Origin: Elusimicrobiota bacterium | GTDB lineage: Bacteria; CG03; SLGR01; JAGXOG01 | Reading direction: 5' to 3' | Length of the DNA stretch: 64,000 bases | NCBI GenBank assembly: GCA_051745145.1 | Contig: JBNJDT010000001.1 | Span: forward strand, 25,899-89,898 | Part shown: positions 48,610-56,406 of the stretch, one piece after another | Layout of the letters: each line of letters starts with the position of its first letter | Numbering within the stretch: the stretch's first letter is position 1 | The notes under the pieces: model-generated | What the model was told of the DNA's origin: nothing | The model's database searches: none | What the model saw: only the letters and a program-made list of their open reading frames with translations | Made by a program: the position numbers and the translations under genes

Positions 48610-49751
48610 TAAAAAAAATTTTAAATAAAATTGTAGTAAGTGCGGCAATAAAATTAGGGGTAGTATCATTTTTTATTATTGCTATAATGCTGTTCTTTTT
48701 AATGAATACCCCTCTCGAGGAAACCCGCAAAGAATTAGACGGACAGCTCATTTCTATAGGTACAAATCTAGTTGAAGCCTACCAGACAGACACAGAAAAT
48801 GCCATTATTAAAAAAGATGATATAAGTCTTAATGAATATATGAGCCAGATAATGGGATTTCCAAGAACACGGTTTGCCATGGTCCTTGATCCGGACGGTT
48901 ATGTAAAAGCCCACAACGATATGCAAGAATGGGGAGAACAGTACAAAGACAGTGAAACTTTAGAAGTTTTGAGGGATCGGGAGTTTACAATATACAGGCG
49001 CCAGCATGACGGTGAACCTCTTTTTGAACTTGTGCAGCCCTTAAGAAGTTCCTACGGTGAATTTATCGGGGTTCTCCGGGTTGGGTTTTCGGCAGAAGGA
49101 ATAACCAGTACTATGGAAAGCTTAAAAGCCCAAACCCGTAAAATGATTGTCCTCTGGGCCCTTATAATAGCCTTTGTAGTGGGACTTGCATCCAAACAGA
49201 TAACTCTCTACGGCGCACCTAAAATAAAATATATTCTAAATACTATAATGGCCGAACGCTGGGATGAAGAGGAGAAAAAACAGTCTAAAATTATTGATAA
49301 AAAAGATGAGTGGGGCGCCCTGGCCAGACACTGTGATTACATGGCTAAACGTATAGAAGATGAGAAGGAAGTATATAAAGATAAAGCAGAGCAAACTTCT
49401 AAAAACCTGAAAAGTTTTATCCACAATATTGGAAAAGCTTTTAAATCCGGCGCGGTATTGGCAAATTCTGAGAATAAAGTTGTCTATATCAATGATACGG
49501 CCAGACATATTCTTTCTATAGATTCGGCCAGTGAAGTTCATGGCAATCACATAGCCTCAATCTTTAAATCCCGCAAACTTGTAGAATTATTCCAAAAAAG
49601 TCTAAAAAGCCCCAATCAATTGTTAACCAAAAAATTAGATGACCCGGAAGTCACGGTTTCCTGCGTAGGTATTCATTCTGAAGATGGCGATCTTATAAGT
49701 GTTCTTGTTCTTTTAGAACGAAGAAATGAGCCGCGGCCAGATTCAGCTTAA
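48606..49751 (+). CDS. Two-TM membrane sensor-like protein (periplasmic Cache-like domain plus cytoplasmic PAS-like domain, no kinase or output domain)
   Basis: 381 aa. TM1, a periplasmic region of about 150 aa, TM2 (MIVLWALIIAFVVGL), and a cytoplasmic PAS-like block (VVYINDTARHILSIDSASEVHGNHIASIF). It overlaps the tadV stop by 4 nt. Confidence 0.45.
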   Translation: MIKKILNKIVVSAAIKLGVVSFFIIAIMLFFLMNTPLEETRKELDGQLISIGTNLVEAYQTDTENAIIKKDDISLNEYMSQIMGFPRTRFAMVLDPDGYVKAHNDMQEWGEQYKDSETLEVLRDREFTIYRRQHDGEPLFELVQPLRSSYGEFIGVLRVGFSAEGITSTMESLKAQTRKMIVLWALIIAFVVGLASKQITLYGAPKIKYILNTIMAERWDEEEKKQSKIIDKKDEWGALARHCDYMAKRIEDEKEVYKDKAEQTSKNLKSFIHNIGKAFKSGAVLANSENKVVYINDTARHILSIDSASEVHGNHIASIFKSRKLVELFQKSLKSPNQLLTKKLDDPEVTVSCVGIHSEDGDLISVLVLLERRNEPRPDSA

Positions 49752-49803
49752 CTTATTTTTTTCTGTACTATTTTTAGTTTATAAATTACCAAGGTAAGAA
49801 TAA

Positions 49804-50991
49804 ATGTCCAATGACCCCTTAAATAAAAATACGCAATCTAATAAAAATTTAACTACTCTGGTACATTTACTGGCTGTAATTGTTATTACCGGTCTACTCT
49901 TTACCACTGCTGATATATATTTACAGTTTACCGACGTTGGGGAATCATTCCACAATAAAATATGGCCACCGGTTATTATAATTGACAGTAATCCCTCTAT
50001 GGCCGATATTAAATTATTAGATGAAAACAATGAAGTTTTGAAATCTGCAATCACTCCTTTACAAATAAGAGATATTCAACCGGGAAATTATAATTTAAAA
50101 TTATCTAAATTAAACTGGGGAGAAACTGCCCGAAAATTTACAGTAAAAAAGACAGATTCCGGTAAAAGACAATTTTCCATACCTGATTCCAAAAAACTGG
50201 ATAAGAATTACATTATCCCGTTTAAAGTAAAATTTTCCATTAAATCCCGTCCCCAAAAAGCTGACATCTTTATAGATGACAAAAAAGTGGGACAGACTCC
50301 CTATTCTGATTTTATAAATGTAGGAACTTACGATATCAGACTTGAAAAAGAAGGTTTTACTACTATCGGGGATCAATCGGCCAGTCTCGGCTCATGTATA
50401 ATAGATATGACCGCACGGCTGGACCAACAGGATCAGATGGATTCCCGTTTCTGGACCATTTCAGAAAAAGAAAATGTTCCCAAGCATCTAATTTTAACAG
50501 GCTTTTTTCGTAAAAATTATAAGATAACTTCCAACCCTTCTAATGCAAAAATTTATGTAAACTCAAAAATACAGGGAAAAACACCGATAAAAGATTTATC
50601 TTTACCGGCCGGCAGATACCATATAAAAATAATTAAAGGCGGCTACAATGAATGGTCCAAAATTGTAGAAGTTACGGGTAACGATACTAATTCTATAACA
50701 GCGAATTTAACTAAAAAAATCGCCAAGCCTAATGTTAATGTTTACAGAGGAAAACCGGGGAGCGGCGTAGCACCTCCTTCCGCAACAGGTTCTGATTCAC
50801 ATGAAGATATTTGGAACTTGGGTAATCAGGAAAATCTCCCCAATAATATTAACGGTCTTATGAATAAAATTCCCAATTTACCGATGCTTCCCAATAATTT
50901 ATCCAATTCAAGTGGCGGCTGCGAACCCTATACCGGTAATCTTAGCGATCTTGGTACTATCGGTCCTATCGGTGGCGGCTGCGGTAAATGA
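49804..50991 (+). CDS. Membrane-anchored protein with three PEGA domains and a Cys-containing C-terminal tail
   Basis: 395 aa. N-terminal TM anchor. PEGA repeats (IKSRPQKADIFIDDKKVGQTPYSDFINVGTYDIRLEKEGF; ITSNPSNAKIYVNSKIQGKTPIKDLSLPAGRYHIKIIKGGY). C-terminal GGCEPYTGN...GGGCGK. Confidence 0.65.
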   Translation: MSNDPLNKNTQSNKNLTTLVHLLAVIVITGLLFTTADIYLQFTDVGESFHNKIWPPVIIIDSNPSMADIKLLDENNEVLKSAITPLQIRDIQPGNYNLKLSKLNWGETARKFTVKKTDSGKRQFSIPDSKKLDKNYIIPFKVKFSIKSRPQKADIFIDDKKVGQTPYSDFINVGTYDIRLEKEGFTTIGDQSASLGSCIIDMTARLDQQDQMDSRFWTISEKENVPKHLILTGFFRKNYKITSNPSNAKIYVNSKIQGKTPIKDLSLPAGRYHIKIIKGGYNEWSKIVEVTGNDTNSITANLTKKIAKPNVNVYRGKPGSGVAPPSATGSDSHEDIWNLGNQENLPNNINGLMNKIPNLPMLPNNLSNSSGGCEPYTGNLSDLGTIGPIGGGCGK

Positions 50992-51069
50992 TAATGAAAA
51001 AAAATTTACAACATTTTTAGTAAGCCGGCTTATAAATAAAGGATAAAAATATTTTTTATATATCATGAT

Positions 51070-52425
51070 ATGAAAAAAGAAATTAAAATAACAATTCTTT
51101 TCCTCCTTTTTGGAATGATTCTTTCACTTAATTTTGGAAAAGTAGAAGATCCGGATTTATTCTGGCATTTAAAAACAGGAGAAGAAATAGCCGCAGAAGG
51201 TTTCGTCAGCAATGATCCCTTTTCCTGGACTTTCCCGGGAAAGGAATGGCTTAATCACGAGTGGTTAACTCAATTTATTTTTTATACAGCCTCCCCTTCC
51301 GGAAATTTACTTCCCCTTATATTTTTAAAAATTATCTTAATAACAGCTACTTTCGGACTCTTATTTTATTTAATAGCCCAAAAATCCAGCTTTACTACGG
51401 CCACTGTATATACGGGTTTAGGAGCTATGCTTTCTTCAATAGCTTTTACTATACGCCCCTGGATATTTTCCTATTTTTTACTTGTCCTTTTTCTTCTGGC
51501 TCTTGAAAAGAAAAAATTTTATTTTATACCTATTATTTTTTTACTGTGGATAAATTTCCACGGCATATTTATTTTTGCCCTGGGAATTCTTTTTGTAGAA
51601 GCCTTAAATGAAATTATTGTGAAAAAGCGCTACCGGCTTTCAAAAACTTTTGCTGCTTCTATCGGTATAATGCTAATAAATCCAAATGGTCTCAAAGGTT
51701 TACTTCATCCTTTCTCATATCTTTACGGCTCAACTAATATACATCTTAACTATATTATGGAATGGGCCAGTCCGGATTTTAAGGGAATATGGGGGGGGAT
51801 TTTTATCATTTTTATTTTTCTTTCTATTTTTGCCCTTACCTATTCGGAAGAAAAACCAGAATTTAAAAATATGTTTCTTTTTTTTGTTTTCATGGCCTCC
51901 GGCTTACTGGCGATAAGAAATATTCCTTTTTTTGTAATTATTACCGGCATTACCGTTTCAAAATCTTTTGACAGGATCCCCGCCTTCCAAAAACCCTTAA
52001 CAACCTACATCAGTATAGCCATTTTTACTCTCATTACTGTTATTTCTATTGAGGTACAGGTAAAAAAATTTTTTAACGACGGTTATATAAAAGAAAATAC
52101 TTTTCCGAGCAAACCTATAACAGATAAGCTCCAAGCTAACACCGAAAATCTTGTTCACCCCTATGATTGGGGCGGATATTTAATTTATCACAATATCCCG
52201 GTTTTTATAGATGGAAGAGCTGATTTCTATCCGGGTCAGTTTTTGGAAAATTTTTTTCTTTCAACCGAACTGAAAAAAAATCCGGAAAATTTTCTAAAAA
52301 AATACAAAATAAAAAAAATTCTATGGAAAACAGAAACACCCTTCTTTTACTATCTCAACAATTCCTCACTCTGGCAAAAAATTTATTCGGATGAAATATG
52401 TGCCGTATTTAAAAAAAATAAATAA
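51070..52425 (+). CDS. Polytopic GT-C-like membrane glycosyltransferase (PMT/ArnT-like), paralog 1
   Basis: 451 aa with more than 10 TM helices. First periplasmic loop has EDPDLFWHLKTGEEI (acidic DxD/ExD-type motif), then FSWTFPGKEWLNHEWLTQ. It is paralogous to the genes at 56407-57846 and 59373-60899. Confidence 0.45.
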   Translation: MKKEIKITILFLLFGMILSLNFGKVEDPDLFWHLKTGEEIAAEGFVSNDPFSWTFPGKEWLNHEWLTQFIFYTASPSGNLLPLIFLKIILITATFGLLFYLIAQKSSFTTATVYTGLGAMLSSIAFTIRPWIFSYFLLVLFLLALEKKKFYFIPIIFLLWINFHGIFIFALGILFVEALNEIIVKKRYRLSKTFAASIGIMLINPNGLKGLLHPFSYLYGSTNIHLNYIMEWASPDFKGIWGGIFIIFIFLSIFALTYSEEKPEFKNMFLFFVFMASGLLAIRNIPFFVIITGITVSKSFDRIPAFQKPLTTYISIAIFTLITVISIEVQVKKFFNDGYIKENTFPSKPITDKLQANTENLVHPYDWGGYLIYHNIPVFIDGRADFYPGQFLENFFLSTELKKNPENFLKKYKIKKILWKTETPFFYYLNNSSLWQKIYSDEICAVFKKNK

Positions 52426-52498
52426 TTGAAAGCATTCACTTTTTTTTAAAAACTTTATAACTGAATTAACTTTATTATTGCCTTTAGCAGTCCACAAA

Positions 52499-52558
52499 AG
52501 TACTAAAAAAAATAAGTACCTTAAACCGATTGACATAAACTATTAACTATATTATAGT
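52499..52558 (+). promoter_or_regulatory. Flp cassette 1 promoter: inverted repeat AGTACT-N10-AGTACC, then TTGACA, 17-nt spacer, TATAGT
   Basis: Seen directly in the sequence. -35 at 52530-52535 and -10 at 52553-52558. The inverted repeat lies immediately upstream (52499-52520). The SD AAAGGAGGT is 8 nt before the ATG. The same element layout is repeated before the other two cassettes. Confidence 0.6.
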
Positions 52559-52617
52559 TATAGTGAGACTAGGGAGAAAAGAATATATATTTAAATTTAA
52601 AAAAGGAGGTAAAAAAA

Positions 52618-52785
52618 ATGAAACATTTATTATGTGATGAATCAGGTCAGGGAATGACTGAGTACATTTTAATTGTTCTGTTAATTGCTATTGCCGCATT
52701 CGTTATCATGCAGGCATTTGGTAACACAATTTCAGAAGCCTTCAACGACGCTAAGAAAACCGTACAGAACGCAAGACCTGATTAA
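52618..52785 (+). CDS. flp: Flp/Fap family pilin (class III prepilin), copy 1
   Basis: 55 aa, MKHLLCDESGQGMTEYILIVLLIAIAAFVIMQAFGNTISEAFNDAKKTVQNARPD, with the Flp motif G/xxxxEY plus a hydrophobic stretch. Strong SD. The gene is missed by the 60-aa ORF track. Confidence 0.8.
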   Translation: MKHLLCDESGQGMTEYILIVLLIAIAAFVIMQAFGNTISEAFNDAKKTVQNARPD

Positions 52786-52813
52786 TCCCAAAATTAAGAA
52801 GGTAACAAGCATA

Positions 52814-52860
52814 CTTCCGGAGTTTTTTATAAAGCTCCGGAAGTTGCATTTACAATGGTC
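52814..52860 (+). terminator. Rho-independent terminator after flp copy 1
   Basis: CUUCCGGAGUUUUUUAUAAAGCUCCGGAAG hairpin (9-14 bp stem) followed by a U-rich tract. The sequence is conserved after all three cassettes. Confidence 0.6.
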
Positions 52861-53223
52861 AACAAAACCTTAAAATCAAACTCCAGTATCCACTTACCTG
52901 CTGCATACCGTAGCCGCAGGATATCCAGTTAAATCCTTCTCACCAGGATATGCCCTCCTGCTGTAATTATCAAAAGTACCCACTTTGCGGATATTATCAA
53001 CTTAAGATCATAAATCCGTAGTCTCCCTCCTGAAATTGAGAAAGATTGCCCGGTACCGGTTAAACTGCTCTTATCATTGTGAGCGGAGACCAGAATAATA
53101 GTTCTGCTGACAGTAAAGCTCTAATAATTGAAATAATACAGTCAAATTTCTATAACGTTAATTACTTCAAAAATGTAATTATTTAATAAATTATCCGGCC
53201 TATTTTTTCTAATATACCCTAAA

Positions 53224-53283
53224 AGTACTATAAATAATCAGTACCTTAAACCGATTGACATAAAAAGCTAACTGTATTATAAT
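53224..53283 (+). promoter_or_regulatory. Flp cassette 2 promoter: inverted repeat AGTACT-N10-AGTACC, then TTGACA, 17-nt spacer, TATAAT
   Basis: Perfect consensus -35 (53255-53260) and -10 (53278-53283). Conserved upstream inverted repeat at 53224-53245. SD GAGGAGGT. Confidence 0.65.
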
Positions 53284-53339
53284 TATAGTGAATTAAAGGA
53301 AAAGAGAGTGTAAGAGGAATTTAAGAGGAGGTAAAATAT

Positions 53340-53507
53340 ATGAAACATTTATTATGTGATGAATCAGGTCAGGGAATGACAGAATACATTTTAATTGTTC
53401 TGTTAATTGCTATTGCCGCATTCGTTATCATGCAGGCATTTGGTAACACAATTTCAGAAGCCTTCAACGACGCTAAGAAAACCGTACAGAACGCAAGACC
53501 TGATTAA
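53340..53507 (+). CDS. flp: Flp/Fap family pilin, copy 2 (protein identical to copy 1; synonymous nucleotide differences)
   Basis: 55 aa identical to copy 1. For example, GAATGACAGAATAC here versus GAATGACTGAGTAC in copy 1. Confidence 0.8.
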   Translation: MKHLLCDESGQGMTEYILIVLLIAIAAFVIMQAFGNTISEAFNDAKKTVQNARPD

Positions 53508-53535
53508 TCCTACAATCAAGAAGGTAACAAGCATA

Positions 53536-53577
53536 CTTCCGGAGTTTTTTTTAAAAGCTCCGGAAGTTGTGTTTTAT
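53536..53577 (+). terminator. Rho-independent terminator after flp copy 2
   Basis: CUUCCGGAGUUUUUUUUAAAAGCUCCGGAAG, then UUGUGUUUUAU. Confidence 0.6.
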
Positions 53578-53636
53578 ATCATAAATTTTTAAGTAACTAT
53601 TCTACAATTTCCTTCCGGTCTATTTTTAATAACAAA

Positions 53637-53696
53637 AGTACTATATATAATTAGTACCTTAAACCGATTGACATAAAAAGCTAACTGTATTATAAT
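53637..53696 (+). promoter_or_regulatory. Flp cassette 3 promoter: inverted repeat AGTACT-N10-AGTACC, then TTGACA, 17-nt spacer, TATAAT
   Basis: -35 at 53668-53673 and -10 at 53691-53696. Inverted repeat at 53637-53658. SD AAAGGAGGA. Confidence 0.65.
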
Positions 53697-53753
53697 TATA
53701 CTGTATTAAGGAAAAAGAGAATATAAGAGGAAATAATAAAGGAGGAAAAATAT

Positions 53754-53921
53754 ATGAAACATTTATTACGTGACGAATCAGGTCAGGGAATGACTGAGTA
53801 CATTTTAATTGTTCTGTTAATTGCTATCGCTGCATTTGTTATCATGCAGGCATTTGGTAACACCATTTCAGAGGCTTTTAACGACGCTAAACAAACTGTA
53901 GGGAACGCAAGACCTGATTAA
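53754..53921 (+). CDS. flp: Flp/Fap family pilin, copy 3 (variant: C6R, K47Q, Q51G)
   Basis: 55 aa, MKHLLRDESGQGMTEYILIVLLIAIAAFVIMQAFGNTISEAFNDAKQTVGNARPD. Confidence 0.8.
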   Translation: MKHLLRDESGQGMTEYILIVLLIAIAAFVIMQAFGNTISEAFNDAKQTVGNARPD

Positions 53922-53949
53922 TCCTAAAATTAAGAAGGTATAAAGCATA

Positions 53950-53990
53950 CTTCCGGAGTTTTTTTTAAAGCTCCGGAAGTTGTGTTTTTT
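53950..53990 (+). terminator. Rho-independent terminator after flp copy 3
   Basis: CUUCCGGAGUUUUUUUUAAAGCUCCGGAAG, then UUGUGUUUUUUAU. Confidence 0.6.
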
Positions 53991-54001
53991 ATAAGAATTT
54001 A

Positions 54002-55066
54002 ATGAAATTTTCACTCTTTGCTTGGGGGGGGATTCTTATTTTTTTGACTTCCTGTAAGTGCTTCCCTTTATCAAATACCCCCCAAATTCAAAAAAAATAT
54101 CAATATTCAAAAATAGACGGGAATATACCAATTATTTACTCTTCTCAATACGATATAACTTTATCGGGTCTTGAAAAACTCCATCCGTTTGACACTCAAA
54201 AATACAGCAAAAGTAAAAATTATTTAATTAGAAATTCGTCTCTACAGGAAAATCAGTTTTACGTTCCCAGAAAAGCAACCGAAAAAGATATTCTAAAAAT
54301 ACATACCAAGGATTATTTACAGACCCTCAATGATCCTAAAAATATAGCTAAAATTGCTGAGTTGTTTTCTCTGGCTTCACTGCCTATTAGGCAGCTTAAA
54401 GATGGAATACTAAAACCCATGCTATTTGCTACCGGAGGCACTCTACTGGCAACTGAATTATCATTAGATTACGGATGGTCAATTAATTTATCAGGCGGTT
54501 ACCACCATGCAAAAAAGGATCAGGGCAGCGGTTTTTGTTTTTACAATGATATTTCTATTGCAGTAAAAAAATTATTTGAGAAAAATCCTAAAATTATTGT
54601 GTTAATAATTGATTTAGATGTTCATCAGGGAAACGGAATTGCCGATACTGTTGGTAATATTCCCGGAGTATTTATATTCGATATTTATAACAGGGAAATA
54701 TTTCCCAGAGACGAAAAAGCAAAAAAATATATTGATTTTAATTTTCCGGTAAAATCCACCGTTACCGAAAAAGAATATTTAACCATTTTAAAAAAAGAAA
54801 TACCCGAAGCGTTAAAAAGCACAGACCCTGATCTGATAATTTATAATGCCGGTACCGATATATTCGAAAACGATAAAATTGGTAATTTAGATATTTCTTT
54901 TGAAGGCGTAATCAAACGGGACCAGATAGTATTTAATAATGCTCTGGAACAGAAAATCCCCATAACCATGGTCTTATCCGGAGGATACTCTCGGGAAAGC
55001 TACAGACTAATCGGTAAATCAATAGAAAATATATATAATAAGTGGCCTGAAATTTTTAAATATTGA
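54002..55066 (+). CDS. Histone deacetylase (HDAC)/acetoin-utilization AcuC superfamily deacetylase with lipoprotein-type signal peptide
   Basis: 354 aa. N-terminal hydrophobic segment ending LTSC (lipobox-like). HDAC catalytic motifs GGYHHAKKDQGSGFCFYND and IDLDVHQGNG. Confidence 0.7.
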   Translation: MKFSLFAWGGILIFLTSCKCFPLSNTPQIQKKYQYSKIDGNIPIIYSSQYDITLSGLEKLHPFDTQKYSKSKNYLIRNSSLQENQFYVPRKATEKDILKIHTKDYLQTLNDPKNIAKIAELFSLASLPIRQLKDGILKPMLFATGGTLLATELSLDYGWSINLSGGYHHAKKDQGSGFCFYNDISIAVKKLFEKNPKIIVLIIDLDVHQGNGIADTVGNIPGVFIFDIYNREIFPRDEKAKKYIDFNFPVKSTVTEKEYLTILKKEIPEALKSTDPDLIIYNAGTDIFENDKIGNLDISFEGVIKRDQIVFNNALEQKIPITMVLSGGYSRESYRLIGKSIENIYNKWPEIFKY

Positions 55067-55071
55067 AAATT

Positions 55072-56268
55072 TTAACTATTACCGCCTCTGTAAATATAAA
55101 TATGGGAAAGTACAAATATCCCCAATGTACTCAAAACAGGGGGCATAGAACTTAAAAGTATATTAAAAGAAGACGATGAGACTATATTTAAATCAGCCGG
55201 CCATCCCCAAATAACAATACAAATTAAAAAAAATGACCACCTAGGATATTTTTTCTCAAAAGGAATATAACGACTTAATATTATAAGACAGGGAAACAAA
55301 AGAACCTGGTAATTAATCCAGGATAACGGTGAGAGTAAAAGAGAAAGTGAAACAGATTTATTAAATAGATCATCCACAGGACCGGTCCATAACCGCGGAT
55401 AAAATACAATGCCTCCTAAAATAACCGCTAAGGTCCATCCCCATTTAGATATATTTAAGGCATAACTTAAGGATATAATAGAGTAATTGCCAATTTTTCC
55501 GTACCATAGCTGTGAACGAGGTATTATATCAGTTATATAATATAATACTTCCCTGAAACCTATAATATAAAATGAGATTAACAGAAGGCCGACCGTAGCT
55601 ATAGCCGCTTTCAAAAAATTTTTTTTATCCCTGTGCCCTGTCACCGCAAACCAAAGAAATGGAAATAATTTTAAACTCCCAGCTATGCCCCACAAAAAAT
55701 TACCGGTAAAGTTTTTTTTATTGCGCAGTTTATACCATCCCAAAACCCCAAACAATACAATCCACATTTCCATATGATTTCTCTTAAGTAAAAATAGAAA
55801 GGGTGCTGATCCTAAAAATATAATAGAAATAATAACAGATAATTTCTTAGAATACCCCATTTCTCTTGCCGTAAAAGTTAAAAGTCCCAATAATAATAGT
55901 ACAGAAAAAACTGCAAACATTATCCAGGACACTTTATATGGAAAAAGGGACAGGGGGCTTACAAAAATTATTCCGGTTGGCGGGATGGACGGATACAGGT
56001 CATACTCCCAGCCGAGTTCTTCATAAACATCTTTTTTCAAATCCTCATACATAGCTTCACCTGAAAATAATCTTTGGGCGGGAAAATAATAGTTGGGATA
56101 GTCTTCCGGGTCCGTACCATTAAGCGTTTTAGGAAATTCCCGAACAGAATACCCAAAAAAAGTTATAAGGGAAATCAAAGCAATTACAATACCCAGCCAA
56201 AAAGGAAAACTGTTTTTTTTAGCTCTTCCCTTTTCCCTTACATTTTTGTTTACATCACTGGCATTCAT
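55072..56268 (-). CDS. Polytopic membrane protein, putative glycosyltransferase (GT87/DUF2029-like)
   Basis: 398 aa with about 10 TM helices. Loop 1 is acidic (TDPEDYPNYYF...MYEDLKKD). It sits inside the glycosyltransferase island. Confidence 0.35.
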   Translation of the reverse strand: MNASDVNKNVREKGRAKKNSFPFWLGIVIALISLITFFGYSVREFPKTLNGTDPEDYPNYYFPAQRLFSGEAMYEDLKKDVYEELGWEYDLYPSIPPTGIIFVSPLSLFPYKVSWIMFAVFSVLLLLGLLTFTAREMGYSKKLSVIISIIFLGSAPFLFLLKRNHMEMWIVLFGVLGWYKLRNKKNFTGNFLWGIAGSLKLFPFLWFAVTGHRDKKNFLKAAIATVGLLLISFYIIGFREVLYYITDIIPRSQLWYGKIGNYSIISLSYALNISKWGWTLAVILGGIVFYPRLWTGPVDDLFNKSVSLSLLLSPLSWINYQVLLFPCLIILSRYIPFEKKYPRWSFFLICIVIWGWPADLNIVSSSSFNILLSSMPPVLSTLGIFVLSHIYIYRGGNS

Positions 56269-56406
56269 ATAAATAAATTAAAATACCTCTAATATTCGTC
56301 TATTCTACTAAATAAGAAGTTATAACCGGATTATACATATAACTCTTTTTAATTATAAAAATAAAAATATATATTAAAATTTTACATACCCCGCAATTTT
56401 ACTTTT

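Noticed and set aside
52685-53592. ORF-track proteins 52685-52873 and 53407-53592 (MLLPHSLSCRHLVTQFQKPSTTLRKPYRTQDLINP..., present twice)
   Set aside because: These are +1-frame read-throughs of the duplicated flp pilin cassettes and their terminators. The duplication of a 60-aa ORF simply reflects the repeated cassette. The real genes are the 55-aa Flp pilins in another frame, which have strong SD sequences.
52440-54000. Possible CRISPR-like tandem repeat structure
   Set aside because: The repeated units are 400-700 bp gene cassettes (promoter-pilin-terminator), not 25-40 bp direct repeats with unique spacers. No cas genes are present.
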